Source: Bacteroidota bacterium
GTDB taxonomy: Bacteria; Bacteroidota; Bacteroidia; JACCXN01
DNA length: 64,000 nucleotides
Assembly (NCBI GenBank): GCA_013696965.1
Contig: JACCXN010000072.1
Coordinates: forward strand, 9,336-73,335
Reading direction: 5' to 3'
This document shows positions 53,866 through 64,000 of the stretch, piece by piece (the stretch's first letter is position 1; each line of letters starts with the position of its first letter). Both the position numbers and the translations under genes were made by a program. The notes beneath the pieces are model-generated. The model saw only the letters and a program-made list of their open reading frames with translations. It searched no databases and was not told where the DNA came from.

Positions 53866-55098
53866 ATGGAATCAAAAACAAATAATTCAATTATGAAAAA
53901 ATTAATCCTCTCAGCAATCCTTGCTGCTGCAACCACCCTTACTTTTGCACAAAATAACAAGGTTGTTACTGCTTTTAATTACCATAAGTATTATGTTGAA
54001 AGGGGCGGCAAATTAGATGATCTTATGAATGCAAAGGCGGCAATTGACGAGGCTACCCAACATGCACAAACAATGGGAAATTCAAAAACCTGGTATTACA
54101 GGGGACAGATTTATCATGCAATGGTGGAGAGTAAGGAAGCATCCTTAATTGAAACTAAGGATAAAAACCTTCAGGAAACAGTAAAATCTTACCTTAAAAC
54201 ACTTGAACTTGATTCAAAAAAGGAATATTCTAGAGAAACATTGCAGCGATTGGCAATTGCTCAAATACAATATTTAAACCTTGGGGTTGAGCAATTCGAG
54301 AATAAAAAGTACGTACATGCAGCAAATGCTTTTGAAGAGGCTGTAATTGTTGCAGGACATCTTAATAAGGTTGATACTTTAGCCTTATACAATGCTGCAT
54401 TGGCTGCTGAAAAAGGCAATTTAAATGATAAAGCTATAGCTCATTATGAAAGATTAATCCAATTGAAATACGGAGGGGCTAATACCTACATATTTCTTTC
54501 CAATATCCATAAAAATCTAAAACAGGATGATAAAGCTCAGGAAGTTATCAAAAAAGGAAGAACCGCTTTTCCTGATGATAAAAACCTGATAATTGAGGAA
54601 CTTAATTATTATTTAATCCAGGGTAAATTAAAAGAAGCAATTTCAAATCTAGAATTAGCCGTGCAGGCAGATCCAGCCAACCATATTCTTATTTTTTCAC
54701 TTGGAAGTGTTTATGATAATCTTGCCAATCCTGATAAAGAGAAAACTCAACCAACCCCAGCTGAATATACTGAATACATGAACAAATCCGAGGCTTCATA
54801 TAAAAAAGCACTGGAAGTAAAACCTGATTATTTTGATGCTATTTACAATTTAGGGGCCTTGTATTTTAACCAAGCTGTAAAAATTAATGATCAATCACAA
54901 AATATTAAAGATAACGCTGTTTATGCAAAGGAAATTAAAAAATCAGATGATAAATTTGCACTGGCATTACCATATTTGGAAAAAGCACACGAACTTGATC
55001 CTAAAGACAGAAATACTTTGATTTCTTTAAAACAACTTTATGCCCGTACACAACAGGCCGATAAATACAAAAAGATCAAGGAATTATTGGAGAATTAA
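53866..55098 (+). CDS. secreted TPR-like protein
   Basis: signal peptide; helical TPR-like repeats. Confidence 0.55.
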   Translation: MESKTNNSIMKKLILSAILAAATTLTFAQNNKVVTAFNYHKYYVERGGKLDDLMNAKAAIDEATQHAQTMGNSKTWYYRGQIYHAMVESKEASLIETKDKNLQETVKSYLKTLELDSKKEYSRETLQRLAIAQIQYLNLGVEQFENKKYVHAANAFEEAVIVAGHLNKVDTLALYNAALAAEKGNLNDKAIAHYERLIQLKYGGANTYIFLSNIHKNLKQDDKAQEVIKKGRTAFPDDKNLIIEELNYYLIQGKLKEAISNLELAVQADPANHILIFSLGSVYDNLANPDKEKTQPTPAEYTEYMNKSEASYKKALEVKPDYFDAIYNLGALYFNQAVKINDQSQNIKDNAVYAKEIKKSDDKFALALPYLEKAHELDPKDRNTLISLKQLYARTQQADKYKKIKELLEN

Positions 55099-55118
55099 AC
55101 TAATTTATAATTATCTTT

Positions 55119-55158
55119 AAAGAAAGGGGAATCGTATTGATTTCCCTTTCTTTCTTTA
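55119..55158 (+). terminator. rho-independent terminator
   Basis: AAAGAAAGGGGAATCGTATTGATTTCCCTTTCTTTCTTT hairpin. Confidence 0.55.
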
Positions 55159-55288
55159 ATCCTATTTAACATAATATTAATTATAGGGCAAATATATAAA
55201 TGTAACAATACGATTTTATGCTCATTACATACAATTTTAAAATCAGGTTTTAAAATATTAAATTTAATTCTATTTAATAAAGAATTGG

Positions 55289-55453
55289 ATGAATTTAAAA
55301 AAGCTATTAATAATTGGACTATTAATTGCGATTATAATATACCTTGTATTTGCATTAATTATAGAAACAATACAATTGGCAATTACTGCAGCGGTATTAT
55401 TTTTACTTACCTATCTTTTGATTATTCTCATTAAAGGAAAAAAAGAAAAATAA
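55289..55453 (+). CDS. unannotated 54-aa two-TM small membrane protein
   Basis: ATG at 55289 to TAA at 55451-55453; translation MNLKKLLIIGLLIAIIIYLVFALIIETIQLAITAAVLFLLTYLLIILIKGKKEK; below the 60-aa cutoff of the ORF track. Confidence 0.35.
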   Translation: MNLKKLLIIGLLIAIIIYLVFALIIETIQLAITAAVLFLLTYLLIILIKGKKEK

Positions 55454-55491
55454 ATGTCTTAATACTGTCATTATAGAATATTGGTCTTCTT

Positions 55492-55686
55492 TTATCCTAT
55501 GATTTGCTTTACCCTGCCAATTTCTCCATTTTCCAGCCTCACTTTAATTCCATGGTGATGCATTGGCGAATTTGTAAGAATATCTTTTACGATCCCTTGT
55601 GTAAGTATTCCTGATTTTTGATTTTGCTTTGTAACTATCTTTACAATTAATCCTGATTTAATATCAGCTCGATTTGTTCCATCCAT
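55492..55686 (-). CDS. YwbE family protein (DUF2196)
   Basis: 64 aa; GIVKDILTNSPMHHHGIKVRLENGEIGRV matches the YwbE signature. Confidence 0.75.
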   Translation of the reverse strand: MDGTNRADIKSGLIVKIVTKQNQKSGILTQGIVKDILTNSPMHHHGIKVRLENGEIGRVKQIIG

Positions 55687-55782
55687 TTTATACTATTTAG
55701 TTTTTAAAGTTAATTTTATAAATCGTTTTCATTACAATATATCTGTTCATTTTTTATAGTTTTACAAAAAAAACAATTTCCA

Positions 55783-56379
55783 ATGAGGTATATATTTGGT
55801 TTGATACTAATATTTATAATTGCATCCTGTCAGGAAAAAACTCCTGATGCTTATTTTAAGGTTTCTAATGAGGGAAATTTACCTGGCAAGGAAATCAAAA
55901 TAATAAACCAGACTATTGAAGGTCATTTCTTTAAATGGGAAGTATTAAATTACGCGAATTATTTCATAGAAGAATTTTCAACGAAAGATTTAACATATAC
56001 TCCCAGTAAGGAAGGACAATATTCTATTACATTAAAAGCCTATTCAAAAAACAAGACAAAATCAGATGAATACTCTAAATCATTGATAGTAGAGGCTGAT
56101 AAAGGCAAGGTGATTTTTTACAGGAACTTCAATTATAGTGCTTGCACCAGTGGCGATATATTTGTAACCATTTCACCTGGAAACCACGAAGGAAGTATTT
56201 ATTCCTCCTATAATTATGTTCCTAATTGTACAACAACCTATGGCAATTATATTAAAGAATTAGAAAGTGGGGAGTATTCTTATACAGCCCGTCATGGATA
56301 CTCCAGCAATTGTAAAAAATGGAGCGGTAATTTTACCATAACAAAGAATGGTTGCTACCCAATTTTGATGGCACTATAG
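55783..56379 (+). CDS. hypothetical lipoprotein
   Basis: signal peptide plus lipobox (IASC). Confidence 0.45.
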   Translation: MRYIFGLILIFIIASCQEKTPDAYFKVSNEGNLPGKEIKIINQTIEGHFFKWEVLNYANYFIEEFSTKDLTYTPSKEGQYSITLKAYSKNKTKSDEYSKSLIVEADKGKVIFYRNFNYSACTSGDIFVTISPGNHEGSIYSSYNYVPNCTTTYGNYIKELESGEYSYTARHGYSSNCKKWSGNFTITKNGCYPILMAL

Positions 56380-57363
56380 TATTGGTTTAATTTTTTTTTT
56401 ATTTATTACAAGATCCCAGCCAAGGGCGCTCGCACCTAATATTGCACTGTTTTTATCCAGTAATTCGGAGATTTGCAATTTGATTTTATTTTTAAATACG
56501 GGGAGCAAATTTTCTTCCATGGCTATTTTAGCAGGAGCCAGTAATAAATCACCTGCTCTTGCCAGTCCTCCTCCAAAAAAAATTGCCTCAGGGTCAAGAA
56601 TAGAAACAATATCTGCCAATTTTTTGCCCAAAATAGCTGCGGTATATTCAAATGCTTTTATAGCTATTGTATCTCCATTTTCTGCTGCTTGGGTAATTTG
56701 TTCACCTGTTAAGTTATTAAAGGTAATATCCCGGAATTCACTATTTTGTTTTGAATCAGAAAGCATATAATAAATTGTCCTTTTAATTCCTTCGGCTGAA
56801 ACATAAGCTTCCAGGCATCCGCGTATTCCCGATCCGCACATTCTCCCATTTTCATGCATTATAATGTGCCCCATTTCACCTGCGAAACCCTGGTGGCCAT
56901 GTACTATTTTTCCATTTGTATAAATACCGCTTCCCAATCCTGTACCAAGAGTTAAACTTAAAAAATTATCCATTTTTTTTGCACCACCAAATAATTTCTC
57001 CCCAATAGCAGCAGCATTTGCATCATTGGTTAATGCAACAGGAAGTTCTGTATTTTGGTTAAATAGCTTTACAAAGGGAATTATACCCTTCCAGGATAGA
57101 TTAACAGGATATTCAATTGTTCCACGGTAAAAATTTGCATTTGGAGCACCAATTCCAATTGCTTTTATTGCCAAATTTTCCCTGGATTCATTTTTAAGTT
57201 GATTAATTGCCTTTAAACATTGTTTAACAAATTCATTTACCTCAGTAAATTCACTCGTGGTTAGTATGCATTTTTCAAAACAAGTCCCAAAGGCATCAAC
57301 TAAACCAATTTCGGTTGTAAATCCTCCCACATCGATACCGGCTACAACTGAAATTTCCTGCAT
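56374..57363 (-). CDS. ROK family sugar kinase (glucokinase/N-acetylglucosamine kinase-like)
   Basis: N-terminal GIDVGG ATPase motif, ROK signature with Cys/His zinc motif (GHQG...CGSGIRGCLE). Confidence 0.8.
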   Translation of the reverse strand: MQEISVVAGIDVGGFTTEIGLVDAFGTCFEKCILTTSEFTEVNEFVKQCLKAINQLKNESRENLAIKAIGIGAPNANFYRGTIEYPVNLSWKGIIPFVKLFNQNTELPVALTNDANAAAIGEKLFGGAKKMDNFLSLTLGTGLGSGIYTNGKIVHGHQGFAGEMGHIIMHENGRMCGSGIRGCLEAYVSAEGIKRTIYYMLSDSKQNSEFRDITFNNLTGEQITQAAENGDTIAIKAFEYTAAILGKKLADIVSILDPEAIFFGGGLARAGDLLLAPAKIAMEENLLPVFKNKIKLQISELLDKNSAILGASALGWDLVINKKKIKPIL

Positions 57364-57365
57364 TA

Positions 57366-58577
57366 TTATTTGTTTTGCTCTGCGTAAGCATGAACCTCTT
57401 CTAAAGCCTTAATAGCGGGAAATTGTTTACCTTCAATATACTTTAAAAGCGCTCCCCCTCCTGTTGAAACATGAGAGAACTGGTCTGTTAAACCGAATTT
57501 TTTTACCGCTGCGGATGTTTCCCCCCCACCTATAAGGGAAAATGCACCATTTCGGGTAGCATTAGCAATAGCTTTTGCAATTGCTTTTGTACCACCTTCA
57601 AATTCATTGATTTCAAACACACCCATTGGTCCATTCCAAAGTATGGTTTTTGAGTTATCAATAATATCCTCAAACATGCCTCTTGCTTCAAAACCAATGT
57701 CCATTCCTTTAAAATGCTCAGGTATTTGGTCAGTTTGTGAATCTTCGGGATCGTTAGCCTCATCCATATCCACAATCATAGAATCTAGGGGAAGCATTAT
57801 TTTTACATTGTTTTGTTTTGCTTTTTCTAATAAAGCCAGGGCCTTATCCAAAGCATCTTTTTCATAAATGGAACTTCCTATATCTCCGCCTTTAGCCTTA
57901 ACAAAAGTATAAGCCATAGCCCCACCAATAAGTAAATAATCCACTTTATCCAACAATACTTCAATAACTTTTATCTTATCGGATACTTTAGCCCCACCAA
58001 TTATTGCAATAAATGGTTTTTGCTGATTTTCCATTATCTTATTTATTTTCTCAAGTTCTTTTAAAAACAATATACCTGCATACCTTTCTTTAATAAATTG
58101 AGGCAAAACAGAAACTGATGCATGAGGGCGATGGGCTGCTCCAAAGGCATCATTTACATATACATCACCAAGAGATGCAAGTTTTCTTGCAAAATCCTCG
58201 CTTCCCTCCTCTTCTTCTTTGTGAAATCTTAGGTTCTCCAACAAAAGAACTTCTCCTTTTTTTAAGCCTCTGGAAAGTGAAACAGCTTGATTGCCAATGC
58301 AATCATCAGCAAAAAGAACTTCTAGTTTTAACAGTTCGCTTAAAACAGGAAGCACATTTGTTAAAGATAGTTCCTCTTTAAACTCACCTTCTGGTTTACC
58401 TAAATGTGTCATTATAATTACTGAACCACCGTCTCTTATTATTTTTCGAATGGTTGGAATTGTTTTCCTTATTCTTGTATCATCGGTAATCTCTTGCATT
58501 TCATTGAAGGGAACATTAAAATCAACTCTTAAGAGCACTTTTTTTCCTTTGAAATTGGCCTCATCTATGTTTTTCAT
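57366..58577 (-). CDS. pgk: phosphoglycerate kinase
   Basis: KVLLRVDFNVP N-terminus, full-length Pgk similarity, 403 aa. Confidence 0.9.
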   Translation of the reverse strand: MKNIDEANFKGKKVLLRVDFNVPFNEMQEITDDTRIRKTIPTIRKIIRDGGSVIIMTHLGKPEGEFKEELSLTNVLPVLSELLKLEVLFADDCIGNQAVSLSRGLKKGEVLLLENLRFHKEEEEGSEDFARKLASLGDVYVNDAFGAAHRPHASVSVLPQFIKERYAGILFLKELEKINKIMENQQKPFIAIIGGAKVSDKIKVIEVLLDKVDYLLIGGAMAYTFVKAKGGDIGSSIYEKDALDKALALLEKAKQNNVKIMLPLDSMIVDMDEANDPEDSQTDQIPEHFKGMDIGFEARGMFEDIIDNSKTILWNGPMGVFEINEFEGGTKAIAKAIANATRNGAFSLIGGGETSAAVKKFGLTDQFSHVSTGGGALLKYIEGKQFPAIKALEEVHAYAEQNK

Positions 58578-58956
58578 TTTCAGGAATTATTTTTAGGTAA
58601 ATAGATTTTTTAATGCACGAATCATCAAATATTGAGCCTGCAATAAATTTTTAAATTATGTGTGGATTAAAGGGAGATTTTCATTTTTAATCCCAAATGT
58701 TTTGCAGAACAAGTGGAAAAAAAGTCACATTTTGAGTAAATGTTTCATCAAGAAACGGATAGTATAAATTCAAATTAGATTAAAAGCTTTATCACTTAAT
58801 ATGGAGAAAAGGCATTTGAAAAACCTGGTTTACTTAAAAACTATTTGACAAATGAATATTTGCCTTTCTCTGCTGATTTCTGTACTTTTGTATTATGTTA
58901 ATTAAAGCTAGTATAAAATTACTTGTTTAGTTGCTTTTACTAAAAAAACGAACAAC

Positions 58957-59343
58957 ATGAAAATTGCATTCTATTTTTTAATATTATTTTCTGCCTTGAA
59001 TTTTTCGGCATGTAACCAATCTGTTGATAATAAAACCATTGGTACCGAAAACAATATAGATGTTTTGCCTGTGGAGGCCCATAATGTTAATGAATTTAAT
59101 ACTGGTGCCCTTAATCCAGTACATGGCGAGCCAGGGCATCGTTGTGAAATTGCGGTTGGTGCGCCCTTAGATTCAGATCCTGGACAAGCTGCTATTACCA
59201 CCATTTCCCAGCCTGATTTATCTACTACACCTACATTTTCTCAACCCGTTGAAAAGGTTATTGCTGCCAATGGAACTAATCCTGCACACGGTGAACCAGG
59301 CCATGATTGTGCTATTGCCGTTGGAGCCCCATTAAATAAATAA
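58957..59343 (+). CDS. small lipoprotein with duplicated NP.HGEPGH.C.IAVGAPL motif
   Basis: lipobox FSAC; two 20-aa repeats each containing three His and one Cys. Confidence 0.5.
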   Translation: MKIAFYFLILFSALNFSACNQSVDNKTIGTENNIDVLPVEAHNVNEFNTGALNPVHGEPGHRCEIAVGAPLDSDPGQAAITTISQPDLSTTPTFSQPVEKVIAANGTNPAHGEPGHDCAIAVGAPLNK

Positions 59344-59642
59344 GAAATTAATTTAATCGATTTCTTTTTCACTTTACTTAACCTTTAAATTAAGTTCAAT
59401 CTATTTGAATTATATGGTCTTTTTATTTAAGCAAACTAATAGTTTTCTTAAATACCTGTTAAAAATTCTTGATTGAATTTTTAACCCATTTTATTTTCCC
59501 AATAAATCTATATTAATATTTCATCTTTTTGTTATATATATTCATTTATATCAAAGAGCTAATAAATAAATATATAATTATGGTTCATTAATATTTGGCA
59601 CTTGAATTGGCTGGATGAAAAGTATATTCATTCAATTAATTT

Positions 59643-60698
59643 ATGAAAATTGCCCAAATTGCACCTTTGTATGAGAGTATTCCACCAAAAATGTATGGCG
59701 GAACCGAACGCATTGTTTATTACCTTACTGAAGAACTCATTAAACAAGGTCATCATGTAACTCTTTTCGCTTCGGGGGATTCAAGAACCAATGCTGAACT
59801 GGTTTCAATATGTGATAATTCCTTACGATTAAATCAGCAATGTGTTGATCCATTTGCCCATCATATTGTACAATTGCAATTGGTCCAAAACAGGATTTCC
59901 GAATTTGATATAGTGCATTACCATACTGATTATTTTCACTTTCCATCTTCATCCCTTAATAAAGAGGTTAACCACGTTACCACAGTACATGGGAGATTAG
60001 ATATTATTGATTTGCAAAATGTATACACCGTTTTTAACGGAATACCTTTAATCTCAATTTCGAATAACCAGCGTATTCCAATCCCTTATGCAAACTGGGT
60101 AGGAACGGTTTATCATGGGCTTCCTTTTAATTTATATAAATTCTATCCAAGTCAAGGTAAATATTTAGCCTTCCTGGGAAGGATATCTCCTGAAAAAGGG
60201 GTAGAACGAGCAATAGAAATTGCAAAGCGATCTGGAATTAAATTGATTATTGCTGCAAAAATAAGTAATGTGGATGAAATATATTTTCAAACTACAATAA
60301 AACCACTTCTAAATAATGAGTTAATAGAATTTATCGGGGAAATTGGTGAAAAAGAAAAAGGTGATTTTTTGGGAAATGCAATTGCCTTGCTCTTTCCTAT
60401 TGACTGGCCAGAGCCCTTTGGCATAGTTATGATTGAATCCCTTGCTTGTGGCACCCCTGTAATAGGTTTTAACAAGGGTTCAGTACCGGAAATATTAACT
60501 GAAGGGGAAAACGGGTTCATTATTGATTCAATAGAAGCTGGAGTTAAAGCAATTACTAATATAAATTCAGTTGACAGGGCGAAATGCAGAGCAATTTTTG
60601 AAGAAAAATTTTCTGCTGAAAGAATGACAAATGATTATTTGAAAATTTATGAACAAATACTAAAGAAAAAAGTCTTTTCAAATACTGTCAATTATTAA
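59643..60698 (+). CDS. glycosyltransferase family 4 (GT-B, retaining)
   Basis: N-terminal MKIAQIAPLYESIPPKMYGGTERIV and the EPFG (EX7E region) motif. Confidence 0.75.
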   Translation: MKIAQIAPLYESIPPKMYGGTERIVYYLTEELIKQGHHVTLFASGDSRTNAELVSICDNSLRLNQQCVDPFAHHIVQLQLVQNRISEFDIVHYHTDYFHFPSSSLNKEVNHVTTVHGRLDIIDLQNVYTVFNGIPLISISNNQRIPIPYANWVGTVYHGLPFNLYKFYPSQGKYLAFLGRISPEKGVERAIEIAKRSGIKLIIAAKISNVDEIYFQTTIKPLLNNELIEFIGEIGEKEKGDFLGNAIALLFPIDWPEPFGIVMIESLACGTPVIGFNKGSVPEILTEGENGFIIDSIEAGVKAITNINSVDRAKCRAIFEEKFSAERMTNDYLKIYEQILKKKVFSNTVNY

Positions 60699-60713
60699 TT
60701 TTTAAGCTATTTT

Positions 60714-62900
60714 ATGAGTAACCGGATTAAAATTGAAGACAATTATTACATTTCTGCTACATCAACTTATGCTGATAGCAGGGTATTTGTGTTAAATAAT
60801 GCGGATACTTTTGGTGTGTTTGATTTATGGGGAGACATTAATCTGATCGGGAAGGAAGCACAGGGAATTTACCATGCAGGAACTCGCTTTGTTTCTGAGC
60901 TTGAATTTAAAGTTAATGGTGAAAGGCCAGTATTATTGAGTTCTGCTATTCGGGAAGAAAATGATATTTTACATGCAGATTTAACCAATGTAGATGTTAT
61001 AATTAATGGAGAAATAACCTTAATAAAAGGATCCATTCACATTAGTAGAATCAAGTTTATAAAGAACGGCATGTGCCATGAAAAAATAACCTTGATTAAT
61101 TACAATAGAAGTGCTCATGAGCTGAATTTTTCGTTTTCTATTGATGCTGATTTTAAAGATATTTTTGAAATCAGAGGGATCAAGCGGGAAAATCGAGGTG
61201 AGACTGTACAAATTAATAAAAATTTAGAGAAATTCACTTTCACCTATCTGGGTCTTGATAATATTAGCAGAAAGACTGAATTCACTTTTTTTCCACTGCC
61301 TGATAATAGTATAGGTTCAGAGCTTAATTACAAAGTTGTTTTACAACCTTTAATAGCCTTTGAACTGAGTTATAGTATTTCTTTTGAAATCGGTTCTAAA
61401 TCAATTAAAACCGAACAAATGGATTTTTATAATTGCTATAAACAATTAAATATTCAGTTGGAAAAAGAGAAGAAGCAAATAGCAGGAATAACAACTGAAA
61501 ATGGTTTTTTTAATCATTGGATCAACCGCTCAAGAGTTGACCTTATTTCATTGATCGCTCACACTCCGCACGGTAGATATCCATATGCTGGAATTCCATG
61601 GTATAATACTGCTTTTGGAAGAGACGGTATTATTACAGCCCTTGAGGTTTTATGGGTATATCCTGATATTGCAAAAGGTGTTTTATTTTATTTGGCTCAA
61701 ACCCAATCCAAGTCAACCAATTATTACCAGGATTCAGAACCAGGAAAAATTTTTCATGAAACACGGGAAGGAGAAATGGCTGAATTAGGCGAAGTTCCAT
61801 TTAAATTATATTATGGAACTGTAGATGCAACACCCTTATTTATTGTGTTGGCAGGCGCATATTACAAGCGCACTAATGATTTGGAAACAATAAAAAAGAT
61901 TTGGAAAAATATTGAAGCAGCACTTGCATGGATAGAAAAATATGGAGATTTGGATGGGGATGGATTTGTAGAATATCAGCATCATTCTGAACAAGGTCTA
62001 TACAACCAGGGATGGAAGGATTCATACGATTCTGTAAGTCATAAAAATGGTGATTTGGCCAACTCCCCCATTGCCTTGTGTGAAGTTCAGGCTTATGTTT
62101 TTGATGCAAAAAAAAATGCATCTTTCCTTGCAAATGCTTTAGGTTTCCAGGCTTTATCAAACAAATTGAATGAAGAGGCCGAACTATTGAAAAAAAAATT
62201 TAATGAGGCATTTTGGGATGAGGAATTGCAGTGCTTTGTTCTTGCACTTGATGGAAACAAAGAACCTTGCAGGGTTAAGTCTTCAAATGTTGGGCACTGT
62301 TTATTTTCAGGAATAGTAAATCAGGAATATGTAATGCCTTTAGTTAATACACTATTTGCAAAGGAAATGTTCTCACAATGGGGAATAAGAACACTTTCCT
62401 CTGAGGAGGTAAGGTATAATCCAATGTCTTATCACAATGGTTCTGTTTGGCCCCATGATAATGCTTTAATTGCTTTTGGTTTAGCAAGATATGGATTGCA
62501 AAAAGAGGCCTTGAAAATATTAAGCAGTTTTTACCAGGCAACAATGTATATTGATCTTCAGAGATTACCCGAGCTATTTTGTGGTTTTGAAAGGCAATTT
62601 GGGGAAGGTCCAATTGCTTATCCAGTTGCCTGTTCACCACAAGCCTGGGCAGTTGGGGCTTTATATATGTTATTACAAGCCTGTATTAAAATTGATATTA
62701 ATGCTATCGAAAAAAGAGTAACCTTCCATAAACCGGTACTGCCTGATTTTATCCATAGAATAGAAATAGACAATTTAACTCTTGGAAGTGAAGTTGCTGC
62801 TATTCGATTACAAAAACAAATAGTTGAAACTGAAAGTTCTGATGTTACCATCATGGTAATTAAAAAGCCTGCAGATTGGGAAATAGTGATCATTAAATAA
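60714..62900 (+). CDS. amylo-alpha-1,6-glucosidase family protein (glycogen-debranching-enzyme-like, GDE_N_bis plus GDE_C)
   Basis: (alpha/alpha)6-barrel region with the W..GW.D (GWKDSYD) signature; 728 aa; 15 bp after the GT4 gene. Confidence 0.7.
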   Translation: MSNRIKIEDNYYISATSTYADSRVFVLNNADTFGVFDLWGDINLIGKEAQGIYHAGTRFVSELEFKVNGERPVLLSSAIREENDILHADLTNVDVIINGEITLIKGSIHISRIKFIKNGMCHEKITLINYNRSAHELNFSFSIDADFKDIFEIRGIKRENRGETVQINKNLEKFTFTYLGLDNISRKTEFTFFPLPDNSIGSELNYKVVLQPLIAFELSYSISFEIGSKSIKTEQMDFYNCYKQLNIQLEKEKKQIAGITTENGFFNHWINRSRVDLISLIAHTPHGRYPYAGIPWYNTAFGRDGIITALEVLWVYPDIAKGVLFYLAQTQSKSTNYYQDSEPGKIFHETREGEMAELGEVPFKLYYGTVDATPLFIVLAGAYYKRTNDLETIKKIWKNIEAALAWIEKYGDLDGDGFVEYQHHSEQGLYNQGWKDSYDSVSHKNGDLANSPIALCEVQAYVFDAKKNASFLANALGFQALSNKLNEEAELLKKKFNEAFWDEELQCFVLALDGNKEPCRVKSSNVGHCLFSGIVNQEYVMPLVNTLFAKEMFSQWGIRTLSSEEVRYNPMSYHNGSVWPHDNALIAFGLARYGLQKEALKILSSFYQATMYIDLQRLPELFCGFERQFGEGPIAYPVACSPQAWAVGALYMLLQACIKIDINAIEKRVTFHKPVLPDFIHRIEIDNLTLGSEVAAIRLQKQIVETESSDVTIMVIKKPADWEIVIIK

Positions 62901-63168
62901 AATCTTCAGACTTTTTTATTTTGTCCTAATAATTGAATTAGTGCATGTTAAATAAAAAAAAATGCAGAAGTGTTTATAGAAACAGTAGAATAAAGGATTA
63001 ATGTATTATTTTCCAGTAAATCATTTTACTCAAAAAATGACATTCTATAAAATCCAATCCTTTTAATATCAATTTATTTCATTGCTTGCTTATTAGATCC
63101 ATCTCATCCCTAATTCGGATTGAATTTTGTATCACATAAACTAGAAAAAATATTAAACAATTGAAATC

Positions 63169-63810
63169 ATGAAAAAAACGATTTTTATTTTGGTAAGTAT
63201 TTTCCTTTTTTTCCTTAATGTAAAAGCTCAGGACTTAGTTAATCCAAATACCATTTCCATTGGACCCAGAGTGGGTATTAATATGAGCGGCTTATCTATG
63301 GAGGATCAAAATACCAGTTCAAGGATAGCTCCAACATTTGGTGTTATGATGGTTTACAGTTGGAATCGAAGTTTCGGAATAGCAGCTGATTTAATGTATG
63401 TTCCAATGGGTGCTAAAATTGAAATTCCTTCCAATGGATCATCCAGGGAATTAAATATTTCCCTAAATTATTTGCACTTACCCATCCAGGGGCTTTATTT
63501 CTACGACCTAACAGAAAGTTTTCGGCCAAAAATTGGTCTTGGACCTTATGTTTCTTTTCTTGTAAACAGTTCAGAAAAAATTGATGGAATGGAAGTAAAT
63601 ACAGGAAGAGCTTACGCCCCTTTGGATTTTGGTGTTAATGCTACAATTGGATTCAATTACCTAATTACTCCCCGCATTTGGTTAAATACTGATTTACGTT
63701 ATGCACTGGGACTAATTAACATTGAAGCTGCAAACGGACCAAACACAACAAACACAAGCTTAGGCCTTACTATTGGAGTAGGATTTTCATTGGGAACTAT
63801 CGTCAACTAA
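63169..63810 (+). CDS. outer-membrane beta-barrel (porin-family/OmpA-like barrel) protein
   Basis: signal peptide; alternating amphipathic beta-strands; about 210 aa. Confidence 0.55.
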   Translation: MKKTIFILVSIFLFFLNVKAQDLVNPNTISIGPRVGINMSGLSMEDQNTSSRIAPTFGVMMVYSWNRSFGIAADLMYVPMGAKIEIPSNGSSRELNISLNYLHLPIQGLYFYDLTESFRPKIGLGPYVSFLVNSSEKIDGMEVNTGRAYAPLDFGVNATIGFNYLITPRIWLNTDLRYALGLINIEAANGPNTTNTSLGLTIGVGFSLGTIVN

Positions 63811-64000
63811 TTAAGGCTAAAAGGAACGAATTTTATAGGAGAATAAAGTAAAGCAGTTAAGAACCCTTAGGTTTTTTAACTGCTTTTTTATTTCATCAAT
63901 TGAAAAACAATTAATATATAAGTATTACCAGACTATTTTGAGGTTTTGGACAAAGGACAAAAAAGATTATATTTATCCAGATTTTATTAATTCACCCCAG

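Overview
This is a low-GC Bacteroidota-type chromosomal segment with T9SS C-terminal sorting domains and a ClpC/GyrA/DnaE/Mrp housekeeping backbone. Most of it is ordinary core genome: esterase, ECF sigma/anti-sigma pair, MnmE, SucD, tRNA-Asp(GTC), DUF58, TrxA, DnaE, S16, RimM, a complete mrpABCDEFG Na+/H+ antiporter operon, FabI, ClpC, GyrA, ROK kinase, Pgk, and a GT4 plus amylo-alpha-1,6-glucosidase pair. Four regions stand out. (1) An 11-kb accessory block (12.1-23.4 kb) holds six secreted T9SS cargo genes. Five are tandem minus-strand paralogs with near-identical 5' (signal peptide plus QDWEWV motif) and 3' (T9SS CTD) ends, divergent cores, and conserved repeat-bearing spacers. Two non-adjacent copies share about 450 bp of near-identical 5' sequence, which reads as a mosaic, gene-conversion-driven surface-protein family. 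One flanking gene carries a single in-frame TGA. (2) A four-gene GT2 / SGNH / UDP-GlcNAc 2-epimerase / two-Rossmann flavoprotein operon sits behind a roughly 750-bp leader and is divergent from an ECF sigma and RskA-like anti-sigma pair. This is a candidate envelope-stress-controlled modified exopolysaccharide locus. (3) A class II (auto-inhibited) Fic gene has a start codon abutting 2.5 copies of a 70-bp ACATGT-palindrome tandem repeat. About 300 bp further on lie two tandem 220-bp MITE-like units with terminal inverted repeats and internal hairpins. (4) An 860-bp noncoding scar contains an in-frame 200-bp fragment of the nearby dnaE gene and a frameshifted ORF6N-domain pseudogene. I saw no CRISPR array, integrase, transposase, reverse transcriptase or rRNA.
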